A stretch of DNA of 64,000 bases from contig OZ243961.1 of assembly GCA_965214605.1 (NCBI GenBank), positions 2,528,001 to 2,592,000 on the forward strand, given 5' to 3'. The translations under genes were made by a program, and so were the position numbers. The stretch's first letter is position 1; each line of letters opens with the position of its first letter. This DNA is from an uncultured Candidatus Binatia bacterium. Lineage in GTDB: Bacteria; Desulfobacterota; Binatia; Bin18. Shown piece after piece: positions 1-9,295 of this stretch. The notes beneath the pieces are model-generated. The model worked only from the letters and a program-made list of their open reading frames with translations, was not told the DNA's origin and ran no database searches.

Positions 1-248
1 GCCACCGGCGTACTCACCCGTATGACGTTGTTCTCACGCACCCACAGTATGGGCAGCTTCCACAGGGCCGCCGCGACGCTGTCGACTCATGGAATGGGCT
101 GGCATTCGGTATCCTAGTCCTCTGGTTATCCCGATTCGAGCCGTGCCCTAGAGCTAGCAGGTCTGGCGCCCCCCCCTTCCCTTGCAGAGTAGCTCGCATT
201 TCGTTAAGACAGACTGAACGTTCACTCAGCCCTTAGGAGGAGACGATA

Positions 249-1520
249 ATGCAGTCCACATGGGCTACGGCCCTGACGAGTTTTGTCCTTGTGTGCAGCC
301 TGGCCTTTGCCTCTCCTAGCACTCATGCCCAAGAGGCGGATATTGCGGATGAGCTGCGGGACATCTTTTATCCCTACCGTGAGGCTAAGCCTCAGGTCGA
401 GGGTCTCACGCCTGGGATGACGATCACAAAGGACAATGTTCAAGCCGCCGAGAAAGCCCTGCCGCCCGAGATTTTCCGCGTGGTACAGGACGGGGACTTT
501 GAGGTTCAGGTCCAGGAAACCACCGACACCCCCCTGTTTGTCGACTATGTAACCGCCTCGGCGCACAATGTCGGCCAGGTCCAGCTCGGTGCGGACGGCA
601 CGCTCAAGAACTATACGGCCGGCCAACCCTTTCCGGTCCTAGACGTGTCCGACCCTCAGGCTGGTGTGAAGGCGGCCTGGAACTATCGTTATCGCTATAT
701 GGGCGATAGCCTGCTGACCCAGGGCGTGTTGCGCTCGATCAACAGTTCGGGCCGTGTTGAGCGCAGCGTGGAGACCGACTACGCTCGTCTGTACGGCATG
801 CATCGCCTCGACCCGGCCAAAAATGTCGCAAAATGGGAAAAGGAAGGCACTTGGTGGCGCGAACACTCTGTGGTGTTGCGGCCACAAGATCTTGAGGGTG
901 CCCAAAGTCTATCCTTCCACTACGATAGCGACACCGTCGAGAGCAAGGTATGGGCCTACGATCCGCAGAGCCGCCGAACCCGGAGTATAGCGTCCAATCT
1001 GCTTGAGACCTCGTTTGGCTTAAACTTTCTGGTCGAAGACCACGCCGGTTTTCAAGGCTATATCCACGAGCACACCTGGAACTATCTTGGCGAGCAGATT
1101 GTTCTGATCCCGGGCATCATCAAAGGCCAGGCGCCCGAGAACTTTGGCGGAAAAGGCAACTGGTATCCCAAGATTCCATGGGAACTCCGTCGCGTGCACG
1201 TGGTCGAGGCCAGCCCGCGGGACCCGAGCCATCCTTACGGAAAGCGGCGCCTGTACATTGACCGTCAGCTGTACGCGATTTTCTACTCCATTATCTATGA
1301 TCGCCAGGGCAATCACTGGCGGACCCTGTTCCATCTCTTGGGCTACTCAGCGTTTCATCCTGATAATATGGACGTGCCGGGCATCTCAGTCCACTTAGGT
1401 AATCTGTGTGTGGATTACCAGAATGATAGGGCTAGCTTGTGGACTGGCACAGTGCTGATCAATAAGCCGGTCAAGGCCAAGAGATTTACGGTCAAAGAGA
1501 TGATCCGTCGCGGAAAGTAG
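249..1520 (+). CDS. DUF1329 family periplasmic protein (outer-membrane lipoprotein-sorting-like)
   Basis: 423 aa with signal peptide; G-x-PFP...AGVKAAWN, WAYDPQSRRTR and HPYGKRRLYID motifs typical of DUF1329; RBS AGGAGG upstream. Confidence 0.8.
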   Translation: MQSTWATALTSFVLVCSLAFASPSTHAQEADIADELRDIFYPYREAKPQVEGLTPGMTITKDNVQAAEKALPPEIFRVVQDGDFEVQVQETTDTPLFVDYVTASAHNVGQVQLGADGTLKNYTAGQPFPVLDVSDPQAGVKAAWNYRYRYMGDSLLTQGVLRSINSSGRVERSVETDYARLYGMHRLDPAKNVAKWEKEGTWWREHSVVLRPQDLEGAQSLSFHYDSDTVESKVWAYDPQSRRTRSIASNLLETSFGLNFLVEDHAGFQGYIHEHTWNYLGEQIVLIPGIIKGQAPENFGGKGNWYPKIPWELRRVHVVEASPRDPSHPYGKRRLYIDRQLYAIFYSIIYDRQGNHWRTLFHLLGYSAFHPDNMDVPGISVHLGNLCVDYQNDRASLWTGTVLINKPVKAKRFTVKEMIRRGK

Positions 1521-1586
1521 AAAGAAGCTCAGAACTGCTGGCTCACCGCTCGACAGATTTCGAAAGCTCTCTTGCTGCAGGTTTGT

Positions 1587-3328
1587 ATGCATTCCATACC
1601 CTATCTTGTTCTCATCCTGATCCTAGTGTTTCAGGGCACCGTCTGGGGGCGTTTTATTGACGAGGCTCAGACCTTGCGGGCGAACGGCCGAGTGTACAAC
1701 CGGATGGCCATGGCGGTCGAGGAGGCGGATGATTTCAGCCGCATCCAAACTCCTTACAACTCGTTCAATATGTTGCAGAGCAGAACCCTCATTCAAATGG
1801 AACTCCGGCACGATCTGATCGACTTGGTCAATAATGACTATGAAGGGCCGCTCAGTATACTGACTCCTATCTTTGCGCCTTACGTGTCTTAGGGCTTGAA
1901 GATTTGAGTTACTTTCTGACCTATCGTGGGGAGTATGACGGGGTCTGGGATTACGGGCCGGACGTGTTCAGCGAACGCTACCCAGTGTTGGCCGACTGCG
2001 ACACGGTTACCAAGAAGAAACGGAGCAAACCGCGCAGCGCTGGCTGTAGCCGTTCAGACACCCGCCGTGATTTGCGCAACCGCCATCGGCTGTTTGAGGC
2101 GTATGTCGACTTTTCGTGGGAAGCCCTCTTCATCCGTATCGGCCGCCAAAATCTGTCCTGGGGAGAGACCGACGCCTTTCGCTTGCTCGATCAGATTAAC
2201 CCGCTTGACGCTAGCTTCGGCGGCTTCCTAGTCACGCTCGATGATAGGCGTGTTCCCTTGGATATGGCCCGGATTGTGTACAGCCTGGAAGATGTCGGAC
2301 CATTTTCCGAGTTAAACCTCGAAGCCTTTGGAGTGCTCGACGATGCCATCGCCGCGCCAACGCCGAGCGGCTCACCGTGGTCCACACCTAACCCGCCCGG
2401 CATTCGCGGCTATGTCAAAAAACCCGCTCGGAATTTGACTGACGCGCGGGGTGGCTTTCGGATGACGGGCCGGGTGGGTGACCTGACCTTGTCTGCGGCC
2501 CACTATTATACCTTTCTGGACGCTCCCTTAGTGCAAACCGTCACCTCCTACGGCAGGCCGGTCAACTTGGCACAGTTTGAAGCCGCGGTTGATGGGGGAG
2601 AGACGTCCCGCTTTCTGGTTGATAACTTCCAGGCCAACGTACGCTTTCCAAAAATTGCGGTCAGTGGCGCCACGGCCTCATTTAGCGTCCCGCGTCTCGA
2701 CGCGATTGTGCGCAGCGAGGTGGCGGTCTTTTGGCGGGAGTATTTCACAAAGAATTTCGGACCGAATGCGATTCTCGGCCCAGCCCTAGAAGGCGAGATC
2801 ACACCCGGCTTCCGCCAGGTCGGCGTGAACCCAGACGGTTCGCCGCTGCTGAGCTATAAGAGTGACATCGACCGTTCACACGTTGTACGCTGGGCGCTCG
2901 GCCTGGATGTGAACCGCTATATTCGGTCCTTAAACCCGCAGCAGTCGTTCATCTTCAGTGGTCAGATGTTTGCTACTCATATTGTTGATTTTGATAACAC
3001 ACCGCTCAAAGACGTACGGCCATACGGTTTTGGTCACTATGCGGTGGGAGTCCGTGACCCCAACCATGACGCCCTCGTTGAGATCGATCAGCATCAGTTT
3101 GTGAACACGTTTAGCATCTCTACCTCGTTTCGATCAGGCGTGATTGCACCCCGCCTGGTGTTTTTCTACGACTGGCAGGGCTCCTGGTTGGTGCAGCCGG
3201 GGGTGATCCTGACCCGCGATCCGTTTCGGCTGACCCTGCAGTACAACTACATCGACGGGCAATTTAACGGCATTGGTTTTTTGCGCGACCGCGATAATCT
3301 GATTACCCAGCTAGAAATGGTGTTTTAG
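1587..3328 (+). pseudogene. DUF1302-like outer-membrane beta-barrel protein, split by a frameshift (or sequencing error) near 1880
   Basis: ORFs 1572-1892 and 1904-3328 lie in different frames; adding one base near 1880 gives a continuous ...FAPLRVLGLEDLSYFLTYRGEYD; RIGRQNLSWGETD and LRDRDN motifs, C-terminal Phe; follows DUF1329. Confidence 0.7.
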
Positions 3329-3460
3329 CCAGAGGTTGCGGAAATTCTTGCAACCCGGACGCAAATCCATCCAGGCTTGATCACCCATCATCACCAAATG
3401 GTCGGCTCCCGCTACGCCCCAACGGGCAATTAGAGAGCGCTCTGGCTGGAGAAAAAGACT

Positions 3461-5185
3461 ATGCTCAAGTTTTTTCTTTTTTCCGCCGCCCTGATTGCAT
3501 CCTGGGTCGTCGGGTCAACCGTGTCGCCGACCTGGACGGTGAATCGGGTAGTGTTGGACGTCCACACGAACAGCGACGGACGCCTTTACTATATCGCCCA
3601 GGGCGAGCCAGTCTATTTTGAGGCGGTGTCTATCGAACAGGCAGAGCTCAACCCGGCGCGCGTTGCCGGCTCGCGCGACGCACCGGCGGTCACGCAGGAG
3701 TTTGTTTCGGCAACCGAGGTTGACGACGGGCAAGACACGCCCGTCTATTATAGGCTCTTCGCTCAGCATCATTGGGGCTACTGGTCCTTACTGCCGGCGA
3801 TCGTCGCTGTGTTCCTGTGTTGGGTTACTAGGGAACCCGTCACCGCGCTACTGGGCGGGATCGCTTCCGGCGCGCTAATTCTGGGCCGGTACGACCTCAC
3901 TGGTCAAGTACTGATTCCCGCGCTAGCTACAACCAACGTAGCTGGCATTCTGTTACTCTACCTGTGGCTGCTCGGAGGGTTGATGGGGATCTGGTCGCGC
4001 ACCGGCGCAGCGCAAGCCTTCGCTGAGCTCATGAGTGCGCGTTTCGTTCGCGGTCCGAGGACCGCAAAGCTCGTAGCCTGGCTGCTCGGTGTCATTTTCT
4101 TCCAAGGTGGTACCATGAGCACAGTGCTGGTCGGTACAACGGTCAAGCCCATTGCCGACAGGGAAAAGGTGAGCCACGAAGAGCTGGCCTATATTGTCGA
4201 TTCGACCGCCTCGCCCATCGCCTCGCAGCTTGCCTTCAACGCTTGGCCGGGCTATGTGCAGGCATTCATCTTTGTTTCCGGGGTTGGCTTTCTGGCCACC
4301 GAAGCGGACCGTATTGGCTTTTTCTTTCGGAGCGTTCCGTTTTGTTTCTATGCTATATTCGCGGTCCTTGGCACCTTTCTGCTCAGCATCGAGAAGCCCC
4401 TGTTCCTCGGTAAGGGCTTGACGGCGGCTAGGTACCGCTCCCGCACCACCGGCCAGCTTGATGCTGACCGGGCCGAACCGCTGAGTGCCAAGGAATTGCA
4501 GGCCAGCAATGTACCCGATGGCTATACGCCGCATGTGTTGGAGTTTTTCCTCCCCCTGGGAGCGCTGATAGGAGTTGCCATCAGCACCTTTGTCGTCACC
4601 GGCTCGCCTAACGTACATTGGGCCTTTGGCGTGGCCCTGATCCTGGCGACGGGCATCGCCCTGGCCAGGGGTATGGCGCTCAAAGAACTCATGGCTGGAT
4701 TTCACGACGGCATTAGAGGCGTCGTGCTCGGCTCCGTCATCCTGCTGCTGGCGATCACAATCGGCGGTGTCAACACCCAGACCGGCGGCGCGGTTTTTCT
4801 GGTAGAGCAGCTTGGCGAGAGTATTCCCTATTTCCTCCTGCCAGTCCTACTCCAGCTCCTCACCATCATTATCGCCTTTTCCACTGGGACAAGCTGGGGA
4901 ACCTATGCCGTGGCTTTTCCGCTCGCCATGCCACTCGCCTGGGCGATTGCTGGAGCACACGGTCTGGCACATCCAGAGCTGTTCATGACGCTATGCTTTG
5001 CTGCGGTGATGGACGGCAGTGTCTATGGAGACCAGTGCTCGCCAATCTCGGACACGACAGTGCTAAGCGCAATGTGCACCGGCTGCGACCTGATGGACCA
5101 CGTCAAAACGCAGATCCCGCAAGCCTCGGTTGCCGCCGGTCTTGCGGCCATCTGTTGGACCTGTATCGCCTTTCTGACCGCCTGA
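3461..5185 (+). CDS. Na+/H+ antiporter NhaC-family transporter
   Basis: Multiple TM helices; ELAYIVDSTASP, FSTGTSWGT and GDQCSPISDTTVLS motifs. Confidence 0.85.
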   Translation: MLKFFLFSAALIASWVVGSTVSPTWTVNRVVLDVHTNSDGRLYYIAQGEPVYFEAVSIEQAELNPARVAGSRDAPAVTQEFVSATEVDDGQDTPVYYRLFAQHHWGYWSLLPAIVAVFLCWVTREPVTALLGGIASGALILGRYDLTGQVLIPALATTNVAGILLLYLWLLGGLMGIWSRTGAAQAFAELMSARFVRGPRTAKLVAWLLGVIFFQGGTMSTVLVGTTVKPIADREKVSHEELAYIVDSTASPIASQLAFNAWPGYVQAFIFVSGVGFLATEADRIGFFFRSVPFCFYAIFAVLGTFLLSIEKPLFLGKGLTAARYRSRTTGQLDADRAEPLSAKELQASNVPDGYTPHVLEFFLPLGALIGVAISTFVVTGSPNVHWAFGVALILATGIALARGMALKELMAGFHDGIRGVVLGSVILLLAITIGGVNTQTGGAVFLVEQLGESIPYFLLPVLLQLLTIIIAFSTGTSWGTYAVAFPLAMPLAWAIAGAHGLAHPELFMTLCFAAVMDGSVYGDQCSPISDTTVLSAMCTGCDLMDHVKTQIPQASVAAGLAAICWTCIAFLTA

Positions 5186-5230
5186 GCTAGGCATCGCTGA
5201 GCGAATATGTCCGATAGCCCGATTTCTTCC

Positions 5231-5770
5231 TCACACTTCTAACTCAATCACCCTGCCGTCGCGCTTGCTCATATTGATATGTTCGACGTATGGCCGCACT
5301 ACACTGATCCGCTCAATCTTGCCTTCGAGTTCTTCGCCTGGACTGGTGCCTTCACCTGTGTCCTTGCGGGTGACATTGATGAACTGACATTCTGAGGCAA
5401 GAGTCACGGCGTTGTGCCAGGTGCCCTTATAGATAAAAGCTGCCTGACCGGGGTCAACCATAAACGCGGCAATTTTATCGTAGTCCAGCTCATAGCCATC
5501 CGGGCCCGCCTCGCGATTACCCGGCGGTGGAGCAACCACTAGGACCATCGAACCCTGAATCGGAATAAAGGTTTGATTATAGCTAAAGTGGATCGCCATC
5601 TGGTCCATCCGGTTAGCGGTGGCCCGATATTTGAAGCGCAACAGCTCCATGGCGACCCGGCCTTTTTCTGCCTCTGGGTAGATCAACTTTTTGCTCTGCA
5701 GCAACTTGCCATACGGCTCAAAGGCCTCCGGTGTCAGCGGTTGAATCTTGACTTTGATCGTGTGGTCCAT
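5231..5770 (-). CDS. ureidoglycolate lyase-like cupin protein
   Basis: QPLTPEAFEPYG N-terminus, H-x-x-x-x-Q-TFIP and GTWH motifs. Confidence 0.7.
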   Translation of the reverse strand: MDHTIKVKIQPLTPEAFEPYGKLLQSKKLIYPEAEKGRVAMELLRFKYRATANRMDQMAIHFSYNQTFIPIQGSMVLVVAPPPGNREAGPDGYELDYDKIAAFMVDPGQAAFIYKGTWHNAVTLASECQFINVTRKDTGEGTSPGEELEGKIERISVVRPYVEHINMSKRDGRVIELEV

Positions 5771-5901
5771 GCTCTCCCTCCTTAGCTAAGGACACTGGGA
5801 ATAAAACATAAGACGTCAGAAAAGCAAGTAGCAGGGGCCGGGGTTTTACATCTCCTCAGCCTCCCGCCGGACGGAAGCTAGGAGCATACCTGTAAGCTTT
5901 T

Positions 5902-6325
5902 TCAGGCAGGCTCCGGGCCAGTAGATTCTGTCCGAAGTAGTGTTCCCGTTTGTCTCCATAGAAGGAAATCTTTCTTTTGTGTTTCAAGGAGTTTGGCGAG
6001 AATATCAGCCAACTTTTCAACAGGCTTGCCACGAATGTTGATCACTCGTTGGAACATACTGTACTGCATCGTTGAATAGCTGGTGGACTTCCAGTTCCAA
6101 ATGCAGCGGGCAATTACAATGTCGAGATAACTAGCGACGATGCGCAGCTCACGGAGGATGACCTCCTCGCTGTCGGCCCAGGCCAGTGGAGCGAGCAATA
6201 CAGGGTATTGGAGTGTATAGTGCACACTGTAATGGAGGGACTTCAAGGCCGTTGTCAGTGTGGTTCTCGGCCATCTGACAGAGACATCCATACGGTACTC
6301 GTAGAAGTCGAAGTCTTCCTTACAT
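5902..6325 (-). pseudogene. internal fragment of a DUF262/DUF1524 (GmrSD-like) protein
   Basis: TLQYPVLLAPL...LRIVASYLDIVIARCIWNWKSTSYSTMQYSMF resembles the central region of DUF262 proteins; both termini missing; visibly lower GC than flanks. Confidence 0.5.
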
Positions 6326-6539
6326 GAATCTGGCGAAATCGGCGTCCTACAAAGACCTAATCGCTGCTCTCGAAACGCTGTGCGGCGAAGAGGACCTCCA
6401 TACTGTCCTGACGCTCGTCCACGTCCAGATTGAACGAACACGTACCGAATTCACAGGACTAGATGAGGCGCGCAATCTCTTCCTTCAGGCTGTCGCTATT
6501 GTTGAGTTGACGGTAGATGTAAATGGGCAGCAGCGTTAA
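6324..6539 (+). CDS. small hypothetical helical protein (71 aa)
   Basis: ATG start, amphipathic protein-like composition; no recognised family. Confidence 0.4.
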   Translation: MNLAKSASYKDLIAALETLCGEEDLHTVLTLVHVQIERTRTEFTGLDEARNLFLQAVAIVELTVDVNGQQR

Positions 6540-6554
6540 GGAGGTCGAGCGCTG

Positions 6555-6704
6555 TTGACCACTGCCGTGATCATATTTTTCTTAAGGCCGCTTCTCCGTT
6601 TACTGAGCCACAGCTTGTGGCTGACGCGCTTTAGCCTCTGCGCAGTGGTGGTGTGGGCGTTGCCGCGGCCGCCTCAATTCAGACCGGCCAGCATGCGCCG
6701 CTAG
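6555..6704 (+). CDS. putative 49-aa hydrophobic peptide
   Basis: AAGGAGGT at 6538-6545, TTG at 6555, TAG at 6702-6704; hydrophobic and basic sequence; below the ORF-track cutoff. Confidence 0.3.
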   Translation: MTTAVIIFFLRPLLRLLSHSLWLTRFSLCAVVVWALPRPPQFRPASMRR

Positions 6705-6814
6705 CTTTCATTCCACACTGGTATCTCAGACTGTCTATTCTCCGCTGCTGATTCTCTCTCGGTTCCGTAGAGAATCCGATCTAGTCCTCGGAGAGGGCCG
6801 TCGGGGACCTCTCC

Positions 6815-7083
6815 GGTTCCCCCGTACACGCGGGGATAGACCAGAAAGTCTTGGGGAAGGGGTTAGATATCGAGGTTCCCCCGTACACGCGGGGATAGAC
6901 CTGTCCAACACGCTTTACAGTCTTCCGATATGACGGTTCCCCCGTACACGCGGGGATAGACCGCATCCGGGTGGGCTCGATGTCCATCCGCCCGCGGTTC
7001 CCCGTACATGCAGGGATAGACCTTCCCGGCTATGCGCCATGCACAACGCGTTGAGCGGTTCCCCGTACATGCAGGGATAGACC
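6815..7083 (+). CRISPR. CRISPR array, type I-E-like repeat, 5 repeats / 4 spacers, no cas genes in window
   Basis: GGTTCCCCCGTACACGCGGGGATAGACC at 6815, 6874, 6935; variant GGTTCCCCGTACATGCAGGGATAGACC at 6996, 7057; unique spacers of 31-34 nt; 59-61 nt period; internal palindrome and ATAGACC 3' end like the E. coli I-E repeat. Confidence 0.95.
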
Positions 7084-8316
7084 TCACGATTCGAGCCTAG
7101 CGTCTTGGCCAACCTGTTCTAAGCGGATGATCACGTCCTTGGGATTAATCCGCCTTTTAAAGAAAAACACGCTGCCTGGCACGTCTTTGAAATCTTCCTC
7201 ACCAACATTCAGATCGGCCGAGACTGCCACGACCATATCGGTTCGGCCGGACCGTTTCAGCTTCATCAGCTTTCTGGCCAGATAGTCGGGGCGCCAAAAG
7301 CCGACGATCTCCAGCAGGGCGGTGCGGCCGTCAGGATGGCGGAAGGCAAAGTCGGGGATAAAGACCGTATCTTTGAGGTTGATAATGGCGACCTCGCGTT
7401 CAATCTCCCAGCTGCTCTCAATCTCACCAAAACGCTCGGCAAACGTCCGCTCCAACAGCGAGTCATACACCGTGCTGTCGCGGTAGTGAGAGCGGAGCCC
7501 GACACTTTCGTCAAGCGGAAAAAACCGCCGTTCCCCGTTTGAAGAGACGATCTCGGCCTCCATTTTCCAGCGCGTGCACAGCAACAGGGCGGGCAAAAAA
7601 ACTGCCAGCTTTAGGCCGTACTTCTGAGACAGGCGAAATAAACTGACCGGGCCGTCAAGCAGGATCTCATAGCCACTGTCCAGATCGCCCTGAATGGTAT
7701 GCATGAGCTGGTAGAACTTCACAAACTTGAACAGCTGCTTATAACGGCTGGGAATATTACGAAAGACCGACAGCTTCATCCGGATGCAGCGGTACAGCAG
7801 GGCTTGGGCCAGGGCGACGTTATAGCGCTGGAGCAACCACTCGGACTCGGGCGGATCGAATCGAGTCAGAATATGGTTGTCCGGCAGGTCGGCGTACACC
7901 GCCCAGGCCAGCTGCTCCACGTCGGTTTGGTATTCAGCGGCTACCGTGGCCAGGATGTCGTCCTTGGAGACGGGATGAATGATATCCGGCCGCAGCACGA
8001 CCGGATGGTTCTCCCGCGCCAGGCCAAACAGCCGCTGGCGGACCTCGGCTGGGGGGGCAATGCTACGCTCGCTGAACTCACATCGGTCGTCCCGCAGCAG
8101 CTTGGCCAGCCCGCGCTGAATCCGATAGTCGGTGCTGTCCTGCGCATACTGGTTCAGGGCGTCGGTCAGCTCGCGCCGGGTTTTGCCCTGATGGTCGTGG
8201 AAAATAGCGATCAGCTGTTCGGCTAGCGTACGAAAGCGAGGCGCCTCGGTCTTAATGTAGCGCGGATAGATGTACGGCCCTTGGCTGCGCGTTTGGAGGA
8301 GGTCGGAGGTCAGCAT
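7084..8316 (-). CDS. DUF790 family protein (Bax1-like PD-(D/E)xK nuclease)
   Basis: MLTSDLL start, RYNVALAQALLY, LDGPVSLF...KYG, DSLLERTFA and IPDFAF...LEIVGFWRPDYL motifs. Confidence 0.85.
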   Translation of the reverse strand: MLTSDLLQTRSQGPYIYPRYIKTEAPRFRTLAEQLIAIFHDHQGKTRRELTDALNQYAQDSTDYRIQRGLAKLLRDDRCEFSERSIAPPAEVRQRLFGLARENHPVVLRPDIIHPVSKDDILATVAAEYQTDVEQLAWAVYADLPDNHILTRFDPPESEWLLQRYNVALAQALLYRCIRMKLSVFRNIPSRYKQLFKFVKFYQLMHTIQGDLDSGYEILLDGPVSLFRLSQKYGLKLAVFLPALLLCTRWKMEAEIVSSNGERRFFPLDESVGLRSHYRDSTVYDSLLERTFAERFGEIESSWEIEREVAIINLKDTVFIPDFAFRHPDGRTALLEIVGFWRPDYLARKLMKLKRSGRTDMVVAVSADLNVGEEDFKDVPGSVFFFKRRINPKDVIIRLEQVGQDARLES

Positions 8317-8456
8317 CGTACTTGTGGCCTAGCCGGGCGACAGTATAGCTTCAGAGTCTGCGATTTTTTTCAGACCGGGGCAAGACCCGAGTCGCTGCTT
8401 GATCTCTCCCCTCCTTTAGGCTAGACATCGGGCTCCAGAGCACGAGGAACCACAAC

Positions 8457-9287
8457 ATGGCAGACTATCACAATCTGATATTTGAAAAGCGTAACAACAT
8501 CGGCTATCTGACCCTGAACCGCCCCAACAAACTGAACGCGCTGAGCCCGGAGTTGATGGCTGAGCTAGGGCAGGTGCTGGACACGATTGAAGACGACCCG
8601 GACGTCAAAGTCGTTATTCTGACCGGCGCCGGACGCGCCTTCTCTGCCGGCTTTGATATTGGCGCGCCGGAGGGCGAGCCGGAGCTATACGACCGCGCGG
8701 CCGACACATGGCGCTCATCTCTTAAAAAAAACATCAACATCTTTCTGAAAATCTGGCACTCTGCTAAGCCGTATATCGCCGCCATTAACGGCTATGCGCT
8801 GGCTGGAGCGTGTGAGCTAGCCCAGCTGTGCGATATCAAAATCGCCTCTGAACAGGCCACGCTAGGCGAGCCGGAGATTCGCTTTGGGACGGGGCCGCCG
8901 GTCTTGATCACTCCCTTTAGCGTGGGCCTGGCCAAGGCCAAAGAGTTGCTGCTGACCGGAGAGACGCTGTCTGCCCAGGAGGCCGAACGGCTGGGCATGA
9001 TTAACAAGGTCGTCGCTCACGACCAACTCATCCCCGAATGTGAGAAGATGGCCCGCACAATGATCAAAATTGCTCAGGTCGGAGTCAAGTACAATAAAAT
9101 TGCGATCAACCGTGCCTTTGAAAACATGGGTTTCCTGAACAGCATTGAACAAAACCTCGACCTGGTGACCCTGTTCGATACCACTCGGACCGAAGAGCAA
9201 GAAACGTTCAACCAAATCCGCAAGGAAAAGGGCCTGCGGGCCGCACTTGACTGGCGGGACGCGCGGTTTAAAGATGAGAATGACTGA
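8457..9287 (+). CDS. enoyl-CoA hydratase/isomerase family protein
   Basis: LNRPNKLNAL, GAGRAFSAGFD, AAINGYALAGACEL crotonase motifs. Confidence 0.92.
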   Translation: MADYHNLIFEKRNNIGYLTLNRPNKLNALSPELMAELGQVLDTIEDDPDVKVVILTGAGRAFSAGFDIGAPEGEPELYDRAADTWRSSLKKNINIFLKIWHSAKPYIAAINGYALAGACELAQLCDIKIASEQATLGEPEIRFGTGPPVLITPFSVGLAKAKELLLTGETLSAQEAERLGMINKVVAHDQLIPECEKMARTMIKIAQVGVKYNKIAINRAFENMGFLNSIEQNLDLVTLFDTTRTEEQETFNQIRKEKGLRAALDWRDARFKDEND

Positions 9288-9295
9288 ACGGCTCA

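Noticed and set aside
6843-7056. Self-targeting by CRISPR spacers within this window
   Set aside because: No match noticed by eye; needs a proper search, so it is not claimed
6781-7112. Three short minus-strand ORFs with repeated peptides (SIPACTG, VYPRVYG)
   Set aside because: Translations of the CRISPR repeats
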